From: Thermodesulfobacteriota bacterium
Lineage (GTDB): Bacteria > Desulfobacterota > Desulfobaccia > Desulfobaccales > 0-14-0-80-60-11
Direction: 5' to 3'
NCBI GenBank assembly: GCA_040756315.1
Contig: JBFLZI010000001.1
Location: 2,461-66,460, forward strand
Length of the DNA: 64,000 nt
Shown here: in pieces, positions 60,033-64,000 of the stretch
Position numbering within the stretch: the stretch's first letter is position 1
Layout: every line of letters starts with the position of its first letter
Made by a program: the position numbers and the translations under genes
The notes under the pieces: model-generated
Told to the model about the DNA's origin: nothing
What the model saw: the letters and a program-made list of their open reading frames with translations, nothing else
Databases searched by the model: none

Positions 60033-61352
60033 TTAGCCGGCGGCTGCCGGGGCCGGCTCCGGGCCCTTTTTGGCGATCTTGGTCATAAGATAGAAGGCGG
60101 CAATCCCCAACAGAGTATAGACGACAATAAAGGCCGCCAGGGAGAGCCCCACCTGGGAGGCGGCAATGGGGGAGACCGCGTCCTTGGTCCTCATCAAGCC
60201 GTAAACGATCCAGGGCTGCCGTCCCACCTCGGTGACAATCCAGCCCGCCTGGAGGGCGATGTAGGGGAGCGGTATGGCATAGATCAGGATTTTAAGCAAT
60301 CCCGGGCTTTCCAGGAGCTTACGGCGCTTGAACCAGGCGATGAGGCTAAGCAGGACAAAGAGGAACCCCAAGGCCACCATGACCCGAAAAGCCACAAAAG
60401 TCAAGAGCACCGGGGGCCGGTCCTCCGGGGGGAAATCTTTCAGGCCCTTGACCACGGCTTTGGGGGAATGATAGGCCAGCATACTCAAGGCCCCGGGGAT
60501 CTTGCCGAACTCCGCCAGGTTCCGTTCCTGCTTTTCGTCGGGGATGAGGAAGAGGGTTTGGGGGGCATGGGCCTGGGTGTCCCAGAGGGCCTCCATGGCC
60601 GCCAGCTTGGCGGGCTGAATCTTGGCCACTTCACTGCCGTGAATGTGCCCCTGGATTACCTCCGCCAGGGAAAAGATCAGGGCAAAGGTAAGGCCCAGGC
60701 GGAAAGACTTGGTAAAAAAGCTGACGTGCTGTTTCCTTAAAAGATGGTAAGCGCTTACCCCCATGACAAAAAAACCTGCCAGGATATAGGCCCCGGTAAC
60801 GGTGTGGAAAAAGATCTGATAGGCAAAGGGCTGGGTGATCACCGCGAAAAAATCCTGGAGTTCGGCCCGCCCGCCCCGGAGCACATACCCCACCGGGTGC
60901 TGCATCCAGGCGTTGGCGATGAGAATCCACAGGGCCGAGAGGTTGGAAGCAAAAGCCACCAGCCAGATGCAGGCGGCATGCAGCTTCGGGGACAGGCGCT
61001 TCCACCCCAGCACCCAGACCGCCAGAAAGGTGGACTCCAGGAAAAAGGCCAGGGTGGCTTCAATGGCCAAAAGCGACCCGAAGATATCCCCCACGTATTG
61101 GGAATAGCGGGACCAGTTGGTACCGAACTGAAACTCCAGGGTGATGCCCGTCACCACCCCCACGGCAAAGTTGATCAAGAAAATCTTGCCCCAGAATTTG
61201 GCCATCCGGAGGTATTCCTCGTCTCCCCGCCGCACATAAATGGTCTCCATGATAGCGATGAGTATGGACAGGCCCAGAGTCAGGGGCACAAAGAGAAAAT
61301 GGAAAAACGTGGCTGCCGCAAATTGGAGGCGGGACAGCATCAGGGCATCCAT
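60033..61352 (-). CDS. cydA: cytochrome bd oxidase subunit I
   Basis: LSRLQFAAATFFHFLFVPLTLGL and GWIVTEVGRQPW motifs. Confidence 0.85.
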   Translation of the reverse strand: MDALMLSRLQFAAATFFHFLFVPLTLGLSILIAIMETIYVRRGDEEYLRMAKFWGKIFLINFAVGVVTGITLEFQFGTNWSRYSQYVGDIFGSLLAIEATLAFFLESTFLAVWVLGWKRLSPKLHAACIWLVAFASNLSALWILIANAWMQHPVGYVLRGGRAELQDFFAVITQPFAYQIFFHTVTGAYILAGFFVMGVSAYHLLRKQHVSFFTKSFRLGLTFALIFSLAEVIQGHIHGSEVAKIQPAKLAAMEALWDTQAHAPQTLFLIPDEKQERNLAEFGKIPGALSMLAYHSPKAVVKGLKDFPPEDRPPVLLTFVAFRVMVALGFLFVLLSLIAWFKRRKLLESPGLLKILIYAIPLPYIALQAGWIVTEVGRQPWIVYGLMRTKDAVSPIAASQVGLSLAAFIVVYTLLGIAAFYLMTKIAKKGPEPAPAAAG

Positions 61353-61774
61353 CGGGCGTTTGACCTCCTTTCTTTTTTTAAGGATCGAACTTTTCTAGAT
61401 CAACACCCGGTCTTTCTAGTGGCGTAGGACCCTTCTCAAACTATAGGTCTTTATTGCTCCATATCAAGTAGTTAACCTGAACTCCTGATATTTTCCCGTC
61501 CGGTTCAGACCAGAAGATCTTCGGACCGCCAACCAGGTTTCTGGAAATAATCAATTATTAATATTAGATAATAATAAATACTAATCTAAATATTTTGCAA
61601 GGAAAATTTTTGCTCATCGGGCCAGGGAAATCAGCTAGGAGAGATTTCTTTGCCGGGGCAGGGAGTCCGGCCCACCTCTTATTCGTTGGACTGGAGTGAG
61701 GGGAGAAGGCATAATGCCCTTGACACCGGGCCAGAGGGAACGTAACACTAAACGAGGAGCGCGCCCAGCCGACC

Positions 61775-63037
61775 ATGACCCGCTGGCGATTCGTCCACGC
61801 CGCCGACCTCCATTTGGACAGCCCTTTTGTGGGTCTGGCGGACTATCACCCCGAGTTGGCCCAGGAGCTGGTGGAGGCCACCTTTGCCAGTTTCCGGGGC
61901 CTCATCGACCTCTGCCTTCAAAGCGAAGCTGCATTCCTATTGCTGGCCGGAGACCTCTTCGACGGTCCCCAACGCAGTCTCAAGGCCCAGTTGCGCCTGC
62001 GGGAGCAGTTGGCCCGGCTGGCCGACGCAGGAATTGAAACCTTCATCGTCCACGGCAATCACGACTATCTGGGGAGCACCGGAATCAACCTGGAGTGGCC
62101 TAACGGGGTGACCGTCTTTCCCGCCTCCGGGGTGGAAATGGCCGAGGTGCGCCGGGGCGGGGAAACCCTGGCCCGCATCTACGGTCTCAGCCACGCCGGC
62201 CCCAGCGAGACCGCCAATCTCACCGAGAGGTTTCCGGTGGCCGAGCATGGCCCTTTCAGCCTCGGCCTCCTGCACGCCAACCTGGACCGGAACCCGGAGC
62301 ATGAAAATTACGCGCCCTGCAGCCTGGCGGACCTGGCCCGGGTTTCCTATGACTATTGGGCCCTGGGGCATATCCATCGCCCGAGCGTCCGGCGGCCTTC
62401 CCAACCCGCGGTGGTCTATGCCGGCAACCCCCAGGGGCGGCACCTGAAGGAATCGGGCCTAAGGGGCTGCTACGTAGTGGAGGTGGACGGCCACGCGGTG
62501 TCGCCCCAATTTCATCCCCTGGGGGTCATTCGTTGGGAGGGGATGGCGGTGGACATCTCCGGCCGGGAGGGTATGGACCAATTGCTGGGGCAGTTGGCAA
62601 ACCTCCTGGAAGAGCAGCGCCCGGCGCCGCCGGCCCACGGGGTCATCCTGCGCCTGTCTTTGAAGGGCCGGGGGCCGGTGCACCGGGAACTGAAACTCCC
62701 GGGGACCCTGGAGGAGGTCCTGGAAGTGCTCCGGGAACAGGGCCGGGGCCAATCCCCCTGGGTTTGGCCGGAGGGCCTGGAGGCCGCCACCGGGCTGGAC
62801 TGGGACCTGCCGGCCTTGCGCCAGGGCTCCGATCTGGTGGCCACCTTGCTGGAACAACTGCACCAGGCCCGGCAAGCCCAGGAGATGCCGAGGGAGATGC
62901 AGGAACTGTTGGCGCCTTTATACCAGCATCCATCAGGCCGGCGCTATCTGACCCCTCTGTTGGACCTTCCCTGGCAGGACCTCCTGGACCGAGTAACCGA
63001 AGAGCTTTTGGGCCGCCTCCGGGGAGGCCCGGAGTGA
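61775..63037 (+). CDS. SbcD/Mre11-family metallophosphoesterase (DNA repair exonuclease)
   Basis: FVHAADLHLDSPF, LLAGDLFD, IVHGNHD. Confidence 0.75.
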   Translation: MTRWRFVHAADLHLDSPFVGLADYHPELAQELVEATFASFRGLIDLCLQSEAAFLLLAGDLFDGPQRSLKAQLRLREQLARLADAGIETFIVHGNHDYLGSTGINLEWPNGVTVFPASGVEMAEVRRGGETLARIYGLSHAGPSETANLTERFPVAEHGPFSLGLLHANLDRNPEHENYAPCSLADLARVSYDYWALGHIHRPSVRRPSQPAVVYAGNPQGRHLKESGLRGCYVVEVDGHAVSPQFHPLGVIRWEGMAVDISGREGMDQLLGQLANLLEEQRPAPPAHGVILRLSLKGRGPVHRELKLPGTLEEVLEVLREQGRGQSPWVWPEGLEAATGLDWDLPALRQGSDLVATLLEQLHQARQAQEMPREMQELLAPLYQHPSGRRYLTPLLDLPWQDLLDRVTEELLGRLRGGPE

Positions 63038-64000
63038 GCCTGTGGATCAGCCGCGTCAAGGTCTTACGTTTCGGTGCTTTTCAGGACCGGTCCCTCCCTG
63101 ACTTTCAGCCCGGCTTAAATCTCCTCTACGGCCCCAATGAATCGGGGAAGACCACCCTGATGATGTTCCTTCGGGGCATGTTTTTCGGCTTTGAGGGCCG
63201 GGGCCGGGCTTCCGCCTTCATCCCTTTGGACGGGGCCGAGGCGGGAGGCAGCCTGGCCCTGAGGGACGGTCAAGGGCAAGAGTGGCTGTTGGAGCGCTGG
63301 GGCCGAGGCCGCAAGGCGAGGATAACCGTGAGCGGCCCCGCCGGCGTGATGTCCGGCGAAGGGGCCTGCCAGAACCTGATTCAGCAGGTCAACCGCTCGG
63401 TTTATGAAAATGTCTTCGCCTTCGGCCTGGATGAACTGGCCAGCCTGGAAAGTCTCAACCAACAGGGGGTGAAGGAGCTGCTGTACAGCGCCAGCCTGGG
63501 TTTGGGACAGGTCTCCCTGGCCGCGGTGGAAAAGGAGTTGAAAGAGGAGAGCAAGAAACTCTTCCACCCGGATAGACGGGCCAAGTCGGAAATCCGCCTC
63601 ATTCTGGCCGAACTGGACAAGGTGCGCCAGGAATTGCACCGTCTGGAGCAGCAACCCCAAGAATATCAGGAACTACGCCAGGAACTGGACCGGGTGCTCC
63701 AGGACATCGCCGACCTGGAGGGCCAGAGCCGGCAAATCGAAGGAGAGCTTCTCTGGCTGAAGAAATTGTCCCAGGCCTGGCCGGTATGGGAGAGTTGGCA
63801 CCTGACCCGGGCCGAGCTTGACGCCTTGCCCCCCGTTGAGGGCTTCCCGGAAGACGGTCTGGGCCGCTGGGAAAACCTGAAATCCCAATCAGACCGGGTG
63901 GAGGAGCAGCTCGGGGAGTTGCGGGCCGAATTGGCCCAGGCCGAAGCGGGGGCCGGGGCGCAGACCCCGGATCAGGGACTCCTGGAGGTGGGGTCGGCCC
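63034..64000 (+). CDS. SbcC/YhaN-like AAA ATPase (5' part, runs off the window)
   Basis: GTG overlapping the previous stop (GTGA). LLYGPNESGKTT Walker A followed by coiled coil. Absent from the track because no stop lies in the window. Confidence 0.65.
   Translation, partial: MSLWISRVKVLRFGAFQDRSLPDFQPGLNLLYGPNESGKTTLMMFLRGMFFGFEGRGRASAFIPLDGAEAGGSLALRDGQGQEWLLERWGRGRKARITVSGPAGVMSGEGACQNLIQQVNRSVYENVFAFGLDELASLESLNQQGVKELLYSASLGLGQVSLAAVEKELKEESKKLFHPDRRAKSEIRLILAELDKVRQELHRLEQQPQEYQELRQELDRVLQDIADLEGQSRQIEGELLWLKKLSQAWPVWESWHLTRAELDALPPVEGFPEDGLGRWENLKSQSDRVEEQLGELRAELAQAEAGAGAQTPDQGLLEVGSA

Noticed and set aside
1-64000. CRISPR arrays, reverse transcriptase elements (retron, DGR, group II intron), transposases, rRNA genes
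   Set aside because: No regularly spaced repeat array, no YxDD-type RT motif, no transposase-like ORF and no rRNA-like sequence was noticed on either strand.

Overview
Most of the window (1 to ~57,933) is one integrated temperate tailed phage whose left end lies off the window. It sits in a ~60% GC bacterial chromosome. Host genes follow on the right: an acetolactate-decarboxylase-like gene, cydAB, and an SbcD/SbcC-like pair.

The prophage has a podovirus-like layout, with no tape-measure, sheath or tube genes seen. On the minus strand it runs terS, (island), terL, portal, scaffold, capsid, tail and fibre genes, coiled-coil and internal proteins, then a 3,946-codon ORF. The replication module has a Cro-like gene, SSB, an initiator with internal iterons, a DnaC-like loader and an HU-like protein. 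A CI-like repressor sits in a divergent switch. Then come Exo/RecT, a UvrD-like helicase and a tyrosine integrase, followed by a tRNA-3'-end-like att core.

The observations I rate highest are:
1. The major capsid gene is split by a 685-nt group I intron. P, Q, R and S core elements, P1/P10 guide pairing and a terminal G are all readable. The intron carries a LAGLIDADG homing endonuclease.
2. Inside the giant ORF, codon usage jumps to the +1 frame exactly over a complete 142-codon nested ORF bounded by two G homopolymers. The 'giant' protein is therefore either a real fusion with an overprinted gene, a slippage switch, or two genes joined by homopolymer miscalls.
3. The giant ORF is a polyvalent methylase + strawberry-notch helicase + 2x HExxH protein in the internal-virion-protein position.
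4. terS and terL are separated by a 4.6-kb opposite-strand island ending in a low-GC GAF-GAF-class III nucleotide cyclase.
5. Smaller items: a subtilase and an excisionase-type HTH inside the tail cluster, a phage AdoMet decarboxylase, and an iteron origin.

All functional calls rest on motifs I recognise by eye. No database search was possible. Most other track ORFs are antisense or out-of-frame artefacts of high GC.
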